From: Octopus vulgaris
Lineage: Eukaryota
Reading direction: 5' to 3'
Assembly (NCBI GenBank): GCA_951406725.2
Contig: OX597826.1
Location: forward strand, 52,142,001-52,206,000
Length of the DNA: 64,000 nt
In this document: positions 13,056 to 26,629 of the stretch, one piece after another
Position numbering within the stretch: the stretch's first letter is position 1
Layout of the letters: each line of letters starts with the position of its first letter
Made by a program: the position numbers and the translations under genes
Notes under the pieces: model-generated
Seen by the model: the letters and a program-made list of their open reading frames with translations, nothing else
The model's database searches: none
Told to the model about the DNA's origin: nothing

Positions 13056-13908
13056 TATATATCATCATCATCATCATCATTGTGTAATGTCTGTCTTCCA
13101 TGGGATGCATATTTATAGATGAGAATAAGGTAAAAAATTTTTTGTGGGAGTCATAGGGAATTAATTTAATTAAACTATTACTTTGCTCATAATTATTAAA
13201 TCATCCTTGAAGGAATGAAAGCAAAAGTTAAATCTAAGCCAGATTTGAACTTAAAACCAATAGGGACATAACTAAATATTTTAATGCTTTTTGTCTGACT
13301 TACCTATTGATTCGATTTTTTTTCATTCTGCTTTGTGTGATTGTAATAATTCCTGTATAAATCTATTTTCCCGTAATCATATGTAAATAGGTGTTAAATG
13401 TCTGAAAAATATGACACCCTTGGGTTATTAGTATTCAGTTTATTGCTGGAGTTTTCTTTTATCTTTGAATAAAGCATTTAAAATTCTGGAAAAAAATAAC
13501 AGACAAGCATTAAAAATTTATGTGAGTGTTTTGCAGAAATTATAAATTGCTATATTATTGAAATAATTACTTATGCAGCTGGATCATTTTGCTAACATTG
13601 GCCATTGCATCCTGTAGCTAGAGCAGAAACCTGTTAAGCAGAGTTATTCGTTTTGTCAAAAGTCAAAGAGAATGACGTCTGTTGGGCTAAGAAATCTGCT
13701 TTACCAAACAAAATCCTGACAATCTTTTAAATAATCATTACAAGATTATATCCATAAATCTGGGCCTATTCTGACCATCAGTACATGTAGAATAGACAAA
13801 TCTATATTGACTATGATTAGTGAGACTCATACCATAGTTATTTACAGCTAAGATCATACTGGAGCATCCTCTTAAATGTATTCACTGAAATGTGTAAATA
13901 TGGACTAT

Positions 13909-14319
13909 AGGTGCAGGAGTGGCTGTGTGGTAAGTAGCTTGCTAACCAACCACATAATTCCGGGTTCAGTCCCACTGCGTGGCATCTTGGGCAAGTGTCT
14001 TCTGCTATAGCCCCGGGCCGACCAATGCCTTGTGAGTGGATTTGGTAGACGGAAACTGAAATAAGCCTGTCGTATATATGCATATATATATATGTGTGTG
14101 CGTTTGTGTATCTGTGTTTGTCTCCCTGGCATTGCTTGACAGCCGATGCTGGCGTGTTTATGTCCCCGTTACTTAGCGGTTTGGCAAAAGAGACCGATAG
14201 AATAAGTACTGGGCTTACAAAAGAACAAGTCCCGGGGTCGATTTGCTCGATTAAAGGCGGTGCTCCAGCGTGACCGCAGTCAAATGACTGAAACAATTAA
14301 AAGAGTAAAAGAGTAAAGA
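13909..14319 (+). mobile_element. Full-length family-A tRNA SINE with internal (TA/TG) microsatellite
   Basis: GGTGCAGGAGTGGCTGTGTGG A-box, GGTTCAGTCC B-box, CTTGGGCAAGTG core and (AAAAGAGT)n tail; highly similar copies elsewhere. Confidence 0.9.
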
Positions 14320-14679
14320 AAGTCTACTCAAGAACAACATCAACACCACTAGATGAAGGTACAAACTGCATGAATGATCATGCTGTTGGTGTTTAGCCTC
14401 TTGTTAGGTCTGATCTAAATGGTTTACGATTAAAGGCATTCTAACCATGGTCATCTCATCCTTTTTTCAGGCATAGCCTACTTGAAAACAAATTATTCAA
14501 TGTGTCATCCTTCATATTAAGATACTATACTGTGATATAATATATATTTGGCTACAATTTTAACCTTGTAGGTGTTTGCATGTTGACTGACAGTGCAATA
14601 CATCAATTAGCCTCAGAGTTATTTATCATGAATCCATGTGATAACATCATCATCACTTTGAAAGCGGCTTGATACTTAC

Positions 14680-14762
14680 CGGATACATATAGTGTGAACA
14701 CCTCATGATGGTGAACCAAAGGATGATTAATGAAAAAGGAAAGGAAAATAATTAACATCGCT
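14680..14762 (-). other. Candidate 83-nt exon of a - strand transcript (may hold a start codon)
   Basis: Acceptor TTTTTTTCTCAG|, donor CCG|GTAAGT. Frames open to the donor: MLIIFLSFFINHPLVHHHEVFTLYVS and MRCSHYMYP. Confidence 0.45.
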
Positions 14763-15138
14763 CTGAGAAAAAAATCCAATCCAATATTTTGGCAGTTTCA
14801 TAAAGGAGCCAAACTTCTTTTATCTTATATATTTTACAAAGACAGTGAAAGAGAAAAAAGATAAATAGATGGTTAAGAAAAAAAAGATAAATAGATGGAT
14901 AGAGACAAACAGGCAGATAGATAAATGGAAAGAAAGAAAGATGGAAAAGAGAGACAGAGCAAGTGAGTGAGTGAGTGAGTGAGAGAATGAGTGAGTGAGA
15001 GGAAAGTACTGCAAGTTGAAATATTTTCCTACATTCATAACCAATTCATGGTCAATTGAAGAAACAATAGTTATCTGAAAGATGTCTTAGACGTACTTTG
15101 TTGGCTTAAATACTTACATTTTAAGTGTTGGTGTAGAA

Positions 15139-15357
15139 CAGTGCTTTTCAAACTTTTTGCTGGAGCGGAACCCCAGGGAAACATTCCACTGGCACGAGGA
15201 ACCCCTGTGCAATAATTTAATTGTCTTATGCACACATATCTGCACAGGAGAATTAAAAATTACTGCCGATTTTAGCAGTTTTGTAACTTCTTGCGGAACC
15301 CCTGGACTGTACTGGCGGAACCCTAAGGTTCCACGGAACCCTGGTTGAAAACCACTG
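15139..15357. mobile_element. hAT (Charlie-like) MITE
   Basis: TIRs CAGTGCTTTTCAA / TTGAAAACCACTG, 8-bp TSD GTGTAGAA (15131-38, 15358-65), internal GGAACCC subterminal repeats. Confidence 0.92.
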
Positions 15358-15474
15358 GTGTAGAATAATGGCTACAAGTCCAACTAATAGAAATATAACT
15401 TAAAGTGAAGGAGAGAAATAGAAATAAAAACTGAAAATATTTCTTCAAATAAGATTTGACTGAGTCTTTCCTTG

Positions 15475-15660
15475 ATAAAATGCTTAGCGGTATTTTGTCT
15501 GTCTTTATGTTCTGAGTTCAAATTCCGCTGAGGTCGACTTTGCCTTTCATCCTTCCGGGGTCGATAAATTAAGTACCAGTTGCGTACTAGGATCGATCCA
15601 ATCGAGTGGCCCCCTAATCCCAAAATTTCGGTCCTTCTGCCTAGAGTAGAAAAGATTATT
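15475..15660 (+). mobile_element. Family-B (Nin-like) SINE
   Basis: GAGTTCAAATTCCGCTGAGGTCGACTTTGCCTTTCATCC core. Confidence 0.85.
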
Positions 15661-15682
15661 AACACATACACTGGTTCAATTG

Positions 15683-15982
15683 CACTCCTTTATTATTGGT
15701 CAATTGGTTAGGTATCCAATTAACTAGTCGATTGTTTGTTTAATTTCATTAAACAGTCAGTCGTTTTTTTTGTTTGTGTTTTGTTTTTTTTTTTGTCAGA
15801 GTTCTTTCGCTGCTATTTGCAATCTTTTCAATGAATTTTGAAGAGAAAAGTCATTGAAAAAGTTGCAAATAGCAAAGAAAGAGCTTTGACAAACAAAAAC
15901 AAAACAAACAACTTACTGTATAGCCAAGTTGAACAAACAGTGGTTCATTTGGATATTTAACCAATTGACTAATAAAGGAGTG
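15683..15982. repeat. ~300-bp diverged hairpin
   Basis: CACTCCTTTATTA...TGCTATTTGCAATCTTTTCAATGA pairs with TCATTGAAAAAGTTGCAAATAGCA...TAATAAAGGAGTG; loop ~15835-15850. Confidence 0.85.
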
Positions 15983-15994
15983 GAACAGTCAAAG

Positions 15995-16170
15995 GGATTA
16001 AAGCGTTTACATCAACCCCAGTGCGCAACTAGTACTTATTTAATCGACCCCGAAAGAATGAAAGGCTAAGTAGACCTCCGCGGAATTTGAACTCAGAACG
16101 TAACGGCAGACGAAATACTGCTAAGAAGTTCGCTCGGCGTGCTAACGATTCTACAAGCTTGCTGCCCTCA
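15995..16170 (-). mobile_element. Family-B SINE, inverted relative to the 15475 copy
   Basis: TAGACCTCCGCGGAATTTGAACTCAGAACG core. Confidence 0.85.
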
Positions 16171-16523
16171 GCGTGTGTCAATAATACTTGCATAATACTC
16201 ACTCTAGACATGACAAAATTTGTTTCAATCCGCAAATTAACATCAAGAATCTTGCAAACCAGATACAAAAACGAAGTACATATACATACATATGTATATA
16301 TATATATATATATTATATTAAATTAGAGACAAAACCACTATTAGGCAAATCATACAATGAAAAACTTAAGCCAATACATAAGATTAATTAATTTATATTA
16401 TATTATTTTAAATATATATCAAAATTATTAAAAAAAGATAATTAGTATAACATTAGTATAACAAAAAGATCGAACTCGGCAGCCTATAAAGCCCAGCGAA
16501 TGATCTTTTCCTTTCACCAATGA

Positions 16524-16735
16524 TTAAGCTGGGTTACTAACACCCACCTTTCTCATCACATCTTTCCATCGTTTCTCGTATTTTCTCGGTGGCAGGGTCT
16601 CCAACCCCATCTTGCTCTTCAGGTGGTATCTGAAATAAGACAGCAAACCGGAGCCAGAGATGAAGGACCCTTTCACCGAACCTTCCATTCTCGTTCTCCA
16701 AATGCACACTTTCAGTACTGCAACCGTAAAACACT
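16524..16735 (-). mobile_element. L1/Tx1-like non-LTR ORF2 3' fragment
   Basis: CIWRTRMEG...FRYHLKSKM...RWKDV resembles Tx1-type ORF2 C-termini. Confidence 0.45.
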
Positions 16736-17901
16736 AGACAAAATGCCTTGAATTATTTGGGTTACATCCTTATAAATTAGACTTCAAATTATACTGGAGG
16801 TTGATAAAATAAATACTAGTTATATACTGGTAGCGACATAATTAATTATAACCTTCCTTCAGAGATGTTATAAATTTGAGTTTGTTAGAAAGTTACGTAT
16901 CAATTAGTTCACTTTAGAATTTTGTTTTTTAATCGATGATGCAAGGCTGAACTTATCCTTTTATCTTCTAAAGATAATACATACAATGTGTACACCTTAA
17001 CTATCTGATTTAATGAACTCTACACTCATCTAAAATTTTGTCACTTTGTTCCGCTGCGAAATATCAGAATTTATAAATATATTCTTTGAAAAATTATAAC
17101 TCATTAACCTAGTTAATAAGAAATTAATTTGATATATTTATTTTGATTTGTCTTTTTAAAAACAAATTTTAACCTTCTTTGTTCTTGAGTATATTTCTAA
17201 CATCATTTAGCTACTTAACAAAGTCAAACACATACTCAAAAATAATCACGAAGTTGTTCATGTTGTTGTTGTGATTGTGTCTTAAATCATCCCTAGTCAA
17301 GCAGACCGTGGCCGGTAGTTTTCTTGTGATTATTCCGTCTCTTGAACCGGAAATTAAACAATATAATCTCCCATCTTCTTTAAAAAAGAAGGAAGTAAAT
17401 TCTGAGTTGGGAGAGATTTGGCTGCTGTTTCTTGCAAATTGAGAAACCAAGAAGAAGTTCTCTTGAATTCAATGGTGGTCTATATTGGTAGTAAAAAGCA
17501 TCAAAATAAGGAAATACGCAGGTTACTATGTAGAAAGGAAATATCTTAATGTTTGACTAATAAAAGATTCTGTCTAAAATATCAGTTCTCCCCATTCCCA
17601 CCATGGCAACGTAACATTTTTTCTATTCTTGTCCAAGAGTCAATCTTTGTAGAACCATTCAACTTGCAAAAAACAGACATCAATTATTCGGTAAAGTAGA
17701 CATATCGGGCACCATAGTTCTAGGATACACTATGTCTAGGGAAAAAAAGCCTCAAACGACTGTATGGTCACGGTTAAAACACTTTTGATTGCGGCTCTAT
17801 TCAATCATACAGCTAATGATCATCATCAACAGCCAAATTCATCTTGTTATGGTAAACTAATCCAGTTCTAAAGTACAATGTGTTTGGCAGATGAGTGTCA
17901 A

Positions 17902-18316
17902 GGCAGCTAGCTGGCAGAAACGTTAGTATGCCGGCCGAAATGCTTAGCAGTATTTCGTCTGTCGTTACGTTCTGAGTTCAAATTCAGCCGAGGTCGACTT
18001 TGCCTTTCATACTTTCGGGGTCGATAAATTAAGTACCAGTTACACACTGGGGTCGATATAATCGATTTTGTCCCTTTGTCTGTCCTTGTTTGTCCCTTCT
18101 ATGTTTAGCCCCTTGTGGGTAATACAGAAATAGGTATTTCGTCTGTCTTTATGTTCTGAGTTCAAATTTCGCCGAGGTCGACTTTGCCTTTCATCCTTTC
18201 GGGGTCGATTAAATAAGTACCAGTTACGCACTGGGGTCGATATAATCGATTTTGTCCCTTTGTCTGTCCTTGTTTGTCCCCTCTATGTTTAGCCCCTTGT
18301 GGGTAATAAAGAAATA
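17902..18316 (+). mobile_element. Family-B SINE with tandemly duplicated body and TSD
   Basis: TSD AGATGAGTGTCAAG (17889-17902, 18317-18330); body repeated at ~17950-18132 and ~18134-18316. Confidence 0.9.
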
Positions 18317-18579
18317 AGATGAGTGTCAAGCAGATAAGAGATAAGTCTTCCCTTGAATATAAAGCTAGTTAATCAGAGATAGGAATCCTGCGCAATAGGG
18401 TCAAGGAACATTGGTTTAACCAACGTGCTATTCTTGTCTTGCAGTAACTGTTTGATAGTAGATTGTTTGAACCATCTCAGGGTCAAGAATTCGGCTAAGC
18501 TACTGCTTTCATCGCTCTTTTAATATAAATATCATTAATAATCGTTTCGAACATTGGTCCAATGATAATAATGATAATA

Positions 18580-19240
18580 ATCCGTTCTATTTTAGGCGCC
18601 ATTATAAAATTTTGGTGGAGTGGGAAAGTCGATTACATTGACTCCAGTACTTGATTGGTACTTATTTTATCGACCCCAAGAAAATTGATGGAATTTGAAT
18701 ACAGAATGTAAAGCCAGAAGTGCCGCTAAGAGTTTTATCTGGCGTGCTAACGATTCTGCCAATTCGACGCCTTAACAATAATAATAATAATAATCTTTTC
18801 TACTAAAGGCACAAGGCTTGAAATTTTGCGGGAGGGGACTAGTCGACTACATGGACCCCAGTGTTTCACTGGTGTTTATTTTTTCGCCACAGAAAGGATG
18901 AAAGGCAAAGTCGACTTTGACAGAATTTAAACTGAGAACGTAAAGATGGACGAAATACCGCTAAGCATTTTGTCCCGCGTGCTAACGATTCTACCCTTTC
19001 TAATAGTAATAATAATAATAATAATCCTTTCTGCTATAAGCACAAGACCTGAAATTTTGGGGACGGGGCCAGTCGATTATGTCGACTCCAGTACGCAACT
19101 GGTACTTAATTTATCGAGTCCGAAAAGATGAAAGGCAAAGTCGACCTCGGCAGTATTTGAACTCAGAACGTAAGGACGGACGAAATGCCGCAAAGCATTT
19201 CGCCCGACGTCCTAACGATTCTGCCAGCTCGCCGCCTTCT
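18580..19240 (-). mobile_element. Three head-to-tail family-B SINEs separated by (AAT)n
   Basis: Core repeated at ~18630, ~18840 and ~19070. Confidence 0.85.
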
Positions 19241-19796
19241 AACAAGAACAACAGTAGGATGTGAAATAGAGAAACTGGGTCATTGTTTTTCCCCCTAAAT
19301 AGTACATGAAAGGACAGAAAGTGGGTTTGTGAAATAGGGTTAAGACAAAGGCCCTACTAGTGGATTTGGGACGAACATAAACTGTTGCGATAGGGATTAG
19401 AAGAAAGAGAAAGAGATGGAGGGAGAGACAAAGGGGGAAAAAACATTTTGAAGTTGTGCAGTTATAGAATATTATTGAATAAATTGGTATATTTTAAGTA
19501 ATTTCATATATATCAGCTTATAGATTTTTTTAGATCTTTACATTACTTTTTAAACCTATCAATTATTGGATATTGTATTTTGTCAGAGATACTTTACTTC
19601 AATGAAATGACTAAAGCATCGGGTTCCGAATTTCAATCACAAATCTAAAATCTGCAGGACATTTCCCATGCAAGATTAATTTTTGTTTTTCAGATTTGTC
19701 TCCATTTTCTTTTTTTAGATTTTTTTACAAATTGTTATTAGAACTCGCCAATACGCCCACACACACACACTCACAGACAGACACACACACACACAT

Positions 19797-19837
<41 letters not shown>

Positions 19838-20293
19838 TACACACACACACACACATCGCAGCCAAAAAGACAGTGACATATCAGGTTCCACATATCAATC
19901 ATAAGCCCAAAAGTCTTTGAGACATACGAGATGAAATTTTTATCTTTTCCATATTTTTTTTTTTCTTTTTCACTTTTAATCCTTTCTTTCACTTTCACTT
20001 TTCATAATTCTGTTCGTTTTTTCCTCGATATTGATATTTAAAAAAAAACTTTTAATACAAAATAAGGAAGTATTGAATGAAAAGAAAAAGAAATTACAAT
20101 TCAATATCTATCATTTGTTTCATCCTAATTTCCTTATGTCTTAGAACTCTTACATTAAATCATTACTATCCATCATAGCACAAGTTGTACTATAAGACAA
20201 CCAATACTACTATCATTACTATCATCCTATTTTACTCTAAAACATCAGTGCAAATGTTTGCAAAAAGAACTATAGCATCAATTGTGACATTAC

Positions 20294-20422
20294 CTTCCTC
20301 AACCCCCCAAAATACCGTGCAGGTATGCATACCACCACTGATAAGTAGGTGCAGAGAATCAGTGGCTGTTGTGCTCTGGCCGAGTCTACCGCGCCCATCT
20401 CTATTGTGACCACCGCCAAAAC
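20294..20422 (-). other. Candidate 129-nt exon of a - strand transcript
   Basis: GC-richer unique island. Acceptor CTGTTTCTGTTTATCTGTAG|, donor GAAG|GTAATG. Two frames open (VLAVVTIEMGAV...GLRK; FGGGHNRDGRG...GVEE). Confidence 0.5.
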
Positions 20423-20553
20423 CTACAGATAAACAGAAACAGGCATAACAGCAACAGACGTTCAACACATACAGATTGTTACACTTCCCCCTGTATTATT
20501 GACCAGTGCATTTCTGCATTTGCGATATAGCCTTCAGTAAAGCGGTAATATGA

Positions 20554-20598
<45 letters not shown>

Positions 20599-20654
20599 TG
20601 ATAGATCGTTAGCCACTACACACATTTTTTCCTCTCCTTCTTTTTTCTGTGTCC

Positions 20655-20690
20655 CTTTCTGTAGAAGAGCGTAGGCTCGAAACGTAAAAG
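20655..20690 (+). ncRNA. Minimal hammerhead-like motif with variant core CUGUAGA, in a PLE LTR-like repeat
   Basis: CTTT-CTGTAGA-A-GAGCgtagGCTC-GAAA-CGTA-AAAG. A related, more decayed repeat is on - at ~55385-55490. Confidence 0.6.
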
Positions 20691-20870
20691 ACTTTTTCTA
20701 TTCCTGAGCGTTATACTAATACATCTGTTTGTTTTGTACACCACCTGTCTCCGTCTTTTGTTTTTTTCGTAAACTCTCCCTATATATATATACACACATA
20801 CATACATACATACATACATACATACATACATACATACATACATACATACATACATACATACATACACACA

Positions 20871-20920
<50 letters not shown>

Positions 20921-21287
20921 TACAATGCATTACACAGATATTTCACTGATTACGAACTAGAAGTGATCTCTCATTATAGTATACCGACATCGAGCATTCT
21001 ATGTCATTATGTTTAATCAAATAAATTATGATATTCTTTTAATGAAAAATTAATTAATAAGCTTATACTAATTATCACTCTTCATATAACATATATTTGT
21101 CCCTTTTATTTGTCAACACACTATTCCCCACTTTGTTTGAATTTTACTGTATTTCATTCCACGCACGTCGTCAAATTCTTCCTTCAGCATATTTTTCTTG
21201 ACATTAAAATGAAAACATAAATACATATATATGTGTGTGTTGTGTATATATATTTGTATATATATATATATATACATACATACATAC

Positions 21288-21330
<43 letters not shown>

Positions 21331-21368
21331 TACATATACATACATACATACATACATATATATATATA

Positions 21369-21426
<58 letters not shown>

Positions 21427-21646
21427 GTGTGTATGTGTGCATTTATTTATACAGATAATCACAGTATAACCGTTTCGACCGAAGTTCTTGTCAAGTATGA
21501 AATCATATATCTCGAAGTTCCATTTATGAATCAATGATGATGTATGATCGAAGAATAGATCTTCCTACTCTAACAAAGTCATTCAGAAAGGAAGTCACTA
21601 TAAGATACAGATATGTATATATAATATATATATATATATTAATATA

Positions 21647-21797
<151 letters not shown>

Positions 21798-21899
21798 GGG
21801 GGGGGGGGGCAAAAATAGATTCAAAAGAGAACAATTCAAACTGTTTGAGAGGTCCAAAAAGAGAGAAAGAATGATTTCTAATAAAGATTCATCAACGAT

Positions 21900-22550
21900 A
21901 TTTTTCAACTATAAATGCAACACAAAGTATTATTATTAACTTGCTGTAAAATTTATGGTGGAGTAAAAAGTTTTTGCCTCACTGTTCATTATTGAAATAT
22001 AGAAGCAACAACCTTTTTCATAAAGCTAAATCACATCTTACATATTATATTTCAGTTATGGTGATCTAGAAACTGTGTCAGACTGACCTAGAATAGATTA
22101 AATAAGAAATAATATCTATTGTATAAATGATAGCGATAATTTTATAAATAATAATACAATGCAGATGTAGTAAATTTGCCTAAATAAACTGTTATTGTGA
22201 TATAAACTTACACGAACGAGATTTGAAGATTAATGTTATATCCAACCCCAGTGTCGTTAGCTTCTTGGATGAGACATTAAACCTATAGCATGGTCTGTGT
22301 TATAATCTATGGGAACTTAGAAAACAAAATTAACTCAGAATTTGAAGAATTTCAGCAAATGAACGGATTTTTAACAATCACATTCCATACTAGAATGAAA
22401 CTATATGAAGAAGTGGGTCCATGGAGTCTATCACATATAGCATGGAAGACAATAACAGAACTTGCAATCGGAATATACGCAGATGTAAATCGAGAAATGT
22501 AATATAGTATAATCCACCCCATAACTTAGAAGTGGTCAAAACAACTGCTA
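21900..22550 (+). mobile_element. Penelope-like RT/GIY-YIG remnant
   Basis: DLKINVISN..SVVSFLDETLNL resembles PLE RT VNFLDVTLNL; LSHIAWK resembles LSKYIWK; many stops. Confidence 0.55.
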
Positions 22551-22577
22551 AGATTTCCATCTTCCTATTTCATAAAC

Positions 22578-22936
22578 TGTAAAGTATAGAAGCCATCTTA
22601 TCATGGCTAACCACATAGGGGAGGGGTGTTACTGTAGCTTTATAGCCTCAAGAGATCGTCGTCTCTAGCTGGCTTTAGACACCATATCGGTGCTCTTGAG
22701 GTATTTGCAAAGGGAGGCCATCCCTTCCTCGCAAGCCTGAGTGATACGCTCGGACTAGTTTCGGGATTTTTGTCCCTTGTCAAGGGAAGGGATGGTCTCC
22801 TTTTGCAAATACTTCAAGGGCACCGATATGGTGTCTAAAGCCAGCTAGAGACGACGATCTCTTGGGGCTATAAAGCTACAGTAACACCCCCTCCCCTATG
22901 TGGTTAGCCATGATAAGATGGCTTTTATACTTTACA
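22578..22936. repeat. ~150-bp-arm inverted repeat with a hammerhead remnant in the spacer
   Basis: 22578-22728 vs 22785-22936: 6 substitutions and 1 indel. Spacer on - strand reads TTGACAA-GGGAcaaaaaTCCC-GAAA-CTAG-TC. Confidence 0.9.
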
Positions 22937-24408
22937 TTATCGAGCGATTACTGTTTCAATCTCATTCTGAGATTTAATTATGCCTATTTCATAAATGTTT
23001 CCCTTGAGAACATAACTACTGTAAAACATTTAACTACAAGGTTTTTAAATTACAGTACCTCACTGCTTCTAATTTGGTTTAAAATATCACTTCTTCCGAA
23101 AAAAAAGATAAATAGATATAATGAAATATAAACAGGCTTAATAAAAATACCAACATTATAAAACAGAACGTATCGATCTATCTGTAATTCTATTGTTTCC
23201 CGTATATGTCCAATCAACTCAAATTTTCTGCTAAAATATCACAAGCCTGGTTACGACCAGCTCTTTTATCAAATCATTTATAAGATCTTACTGCAAAGAG
23301 TTTTACGTTCAGATATCATCAACATCTTCATTCGTTTCGAATTCCCTTTCAAGAGGAACGCAACAGCTCTATCAAATTACCTCAAGCACTATAAAATACA
23401 ACTTACAGATGAAAACCCTGACTAAGGCAACTTCTTAAAGAGGCAATTGAACGCGTCGTAATTTACACTGGAGGACTTGTATCCTCTTCACGAACACATT
23501 TCTAAAAAATGTTCTAAGAAGGCAACCGCATGGTGGCATAAAGGATTCGTCTTACATTATCTGCAAAGTTCCTCTAGACTTAGGTTTGTAATGTAACCAG
23601 CATTTGGTCAATTTCACTTTCACCTCCTATCTTATACTATCTAGATGTTTAAGATTTTAGTAAATAATACTGGTTAGTACATATCTCTTACCAACAACCT
23701 ACATCTGCGTACATTTTAGTTTATGTTTATTTGATATATAACTTCAAATTTTTAATTAAATTTTTCTTATTTCTCTTTATATTCCTGTGCTCATTTTTTC
23801 CGTTTTTTCTATTCTTTATATCATTTCTCGTACTACCTGCTGTAACTTATAATTTAATTCAGCACTAACACTAAAGCAATCATTTCACATTATATTCTCA
23901 TTCTCTACTATTTTATTTAAAAGAGTTTTACCAGCTCATGCTATGATATAACCTTATCCTAGCATACAGTAAAGTTATTTTTTTCACTTCAGACATCATT
24001 ATAACATGGTCTCTGTTACTAGTATATCATCATGTTATATTACTTACTGTATAACCTCTAATCAAACTTATACTCATATCGCCATCTTGTCAAGTAATAC
24101 TACATTTGTATTGTATTATTATTTATATGGCTATCTTATTTTACACTATCATTTACACAATAAAGATTATTTCTTATTTAATCTATTGAGTCAACATAGC
24201 TGAAATATAATATAACCTTCATGTGCTAGGGAGAGAGAGAGAGAGAGAGATTACTTGTGGTCTCATTAATGAACAGTAATACTAGAATTTTTCACGAATA
24301 TAAATTCAATTCTAGATCAATTCTATACATCATCCTATACATAGGTATAAACATACATACAAGCATATTCACGTGTATATCTCTCTCTTTCTCTCTCTCA
24401 TATATCTA

Positions 24409-24512
<104 letters not shown>

Positions 24513-24555
24513 TATATAGATATAAACGATAATATATATATATGTATATAAATAT

Positions 24556-24622
<67 letters not shown>

Positions 24623-25407
24623 TAATAATAAATATATTATCGTTTATATTTTACTTGTCTTAGTCATTGAATTGCTGCCATGTTGGGGTACCAACTTGAA
24701 GGATTTTAGCCGAAAAAAATCGAACCCAGTACTTAATTTTTTAAGCTTGATACTTATTCTATCGCTCTCTTTGCTTTGGATGTACTGCTAAGTTAAATAT
24801 ATATGTGAACAAATTTCTTTCTAATTTCTATATTTTGGGGTGTTTTCTCTAGCATATTTCGGTGTGTCTACTTTCTTGTGATAGCTAGTCCTATTCCTTG
24901 AGTATATGTCACCACAGATTAGCAAATGCACCATTGAAGTATATACCACATTTGGTAAGATCTTCACTATAGTGTGTTTGCCTTTATGAATAAATGAATA
25001 TTAAACCGACATATACTTAATGTAATAAGTACTAGGCAGTCCCCTTCTCCTATTTACGAATTATATATCTTTGTTTATATATATGTATGTGTTTGTGTGC
25101 GTATACATTCATACATACATTCATGTGTGCATGTGTTTGTATGTATGGACACACGAGATATGTTTGTTGGAACAAATAACCACCCACTTGTGAGAAAGGT
25201 GCTTAATACCATCTATGTATCATACTTAATATATATATATATACACTGTTGATAAGCCAGTTACTATGGTATTCATTCTGAGAAAAAGTTTTACGTAGAC
25301 GTGGTGTCATCAAAAACACAGTTTAATCTTGTCCAATTGCACACACTGAGTTGCTATTTAGCCCGACGGCTATTCACAATATCAGTGGATTTATTCACTT
25401 TCTCCTT

Positions 25408-25544
25408 TATACTGGAGGCGACGAATTTCGTGTATGCATATGGCTGCGAGCACTTAGCATTGGCAGCCCCCCCCCAAAGGTCGAATTGCCATAAGTTCTC
25501 TCGCTAGCCACTGGCGGGAACAATTTTCGTCTCCCTCCGATATA
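25408..25544. mobile_element. Small MITE-like hairpin with TA-flanked imperfect TIRs
   Basis: TATACTGGAGGCGACGAATT vs AATTTTCGTCTCCCTCCGATATA; inner GCGAG-CACTTA..TGGCA / TGCCA-TAAGT..CTCGC. Confidence 0.5.
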
Positions 25545-26339
25545 CTGTTGTGTTTTTAATACACTGCATCCAGAAGCGATGTATATACGTTAAGTATGAT
25601 ATAAAGATGGCTATTTTAATCTTTTGCTACTTGCGTATACCGAGCTGAATACCAGTTTCAAACGAAATAGAATATGATATATAAATACTTTAACCGAAGA
25701 ACGCTAGATTACATAGGAAAAAACACTTGGTTTAGTTTGCTGTCCGTAAGAGTAAATTCCTAGAAGATTACTCCGACGAATTACAAGATAAAACAAATGT
25801 AGTCTAGGGAGTAATCTATCTTCTACACACGCGCACGTAAACACACACACACGCGCGTTCTCACCTTTGTGTTTTTTGCTTTGCCTATTGATAAGGTGTT
25901 GTTTGATATTTTTTCCTTACATTTTTTTGCTCTTTTTTATAATGATTAAACCTGTTGTCAAGCAGAAAGATGTATTCATTTAGGTGTGTCTTGATATTGT
26001 TTTAAGCTTTTTCTCCTCTTCTTCACCAGATTCTCTCACTCATTCCAATGTTTTTTCTTCCTATTTTGTAATGAATTTTGCTTCTGAGCTCGCTTATTTG
26101 TTCGTGAAATCTGTCAGATTTTTCCCCTCTTTGTCATGCGGTATATTTTGTGAAATTTATTCTTATACTATCTTTCGAATACAAATATACACTCATACAT
26201 TTGAAAAAGTTAGCTGTAAATTCGTTAATCTGGCGAAATTTGATTTAAGAGTATTGAATTCACTGTGAAAAGAGAATTGTAAAGTATGTTTATATTTCAG
26301 AAACAAAAGTATACAACAGTAACAACAACAATAATAATG

Positions 26340-26551
26340 ATCCTTGCTGCTATAGGTACAAGACCCGAAATTTCGAAGGGGATAAATTCTATTACATTGG
26401 CCCCAGCACTCAAATGGTACTTATTTTATCGACTCAGAAGTATAAAAGGCAAAATGGACTTCGGTGGCATTTGAACTCAGAATTTAAAGACGGACGAAAT
26501 ACCGCTAAGCATTTTGTCCGGCATGCTAACGATTCTGTCAGCTCACCACCC

Positions 26552-26552
<1 letters not shown>
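26340..26552 (-). mobile_element. Family-B SINE
   Basis: GGCATTTGAACTCAGAA...GCTAACGATTCTG; (AAT)n flank. Confidence 0.8.
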
Positions 26553-26603
<51 letters not shown>

Positions 26604-26629
26604 TATAATGATGATGATGATGATGAAGA

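Noticed and set aside
13909-13985. tRNA-like A/B boxes in SINE heads
   Set aside because: No cloverleaf; these are SINE promoters, not tRNA genes.
21463-21569. - strand AGTA..GGAA-GATC...GGTC-GAAA-CGGTTA-TACT
   Set aside because: The CUGA of the core is missing; counted only as a possible relic, not annotated as a feature.
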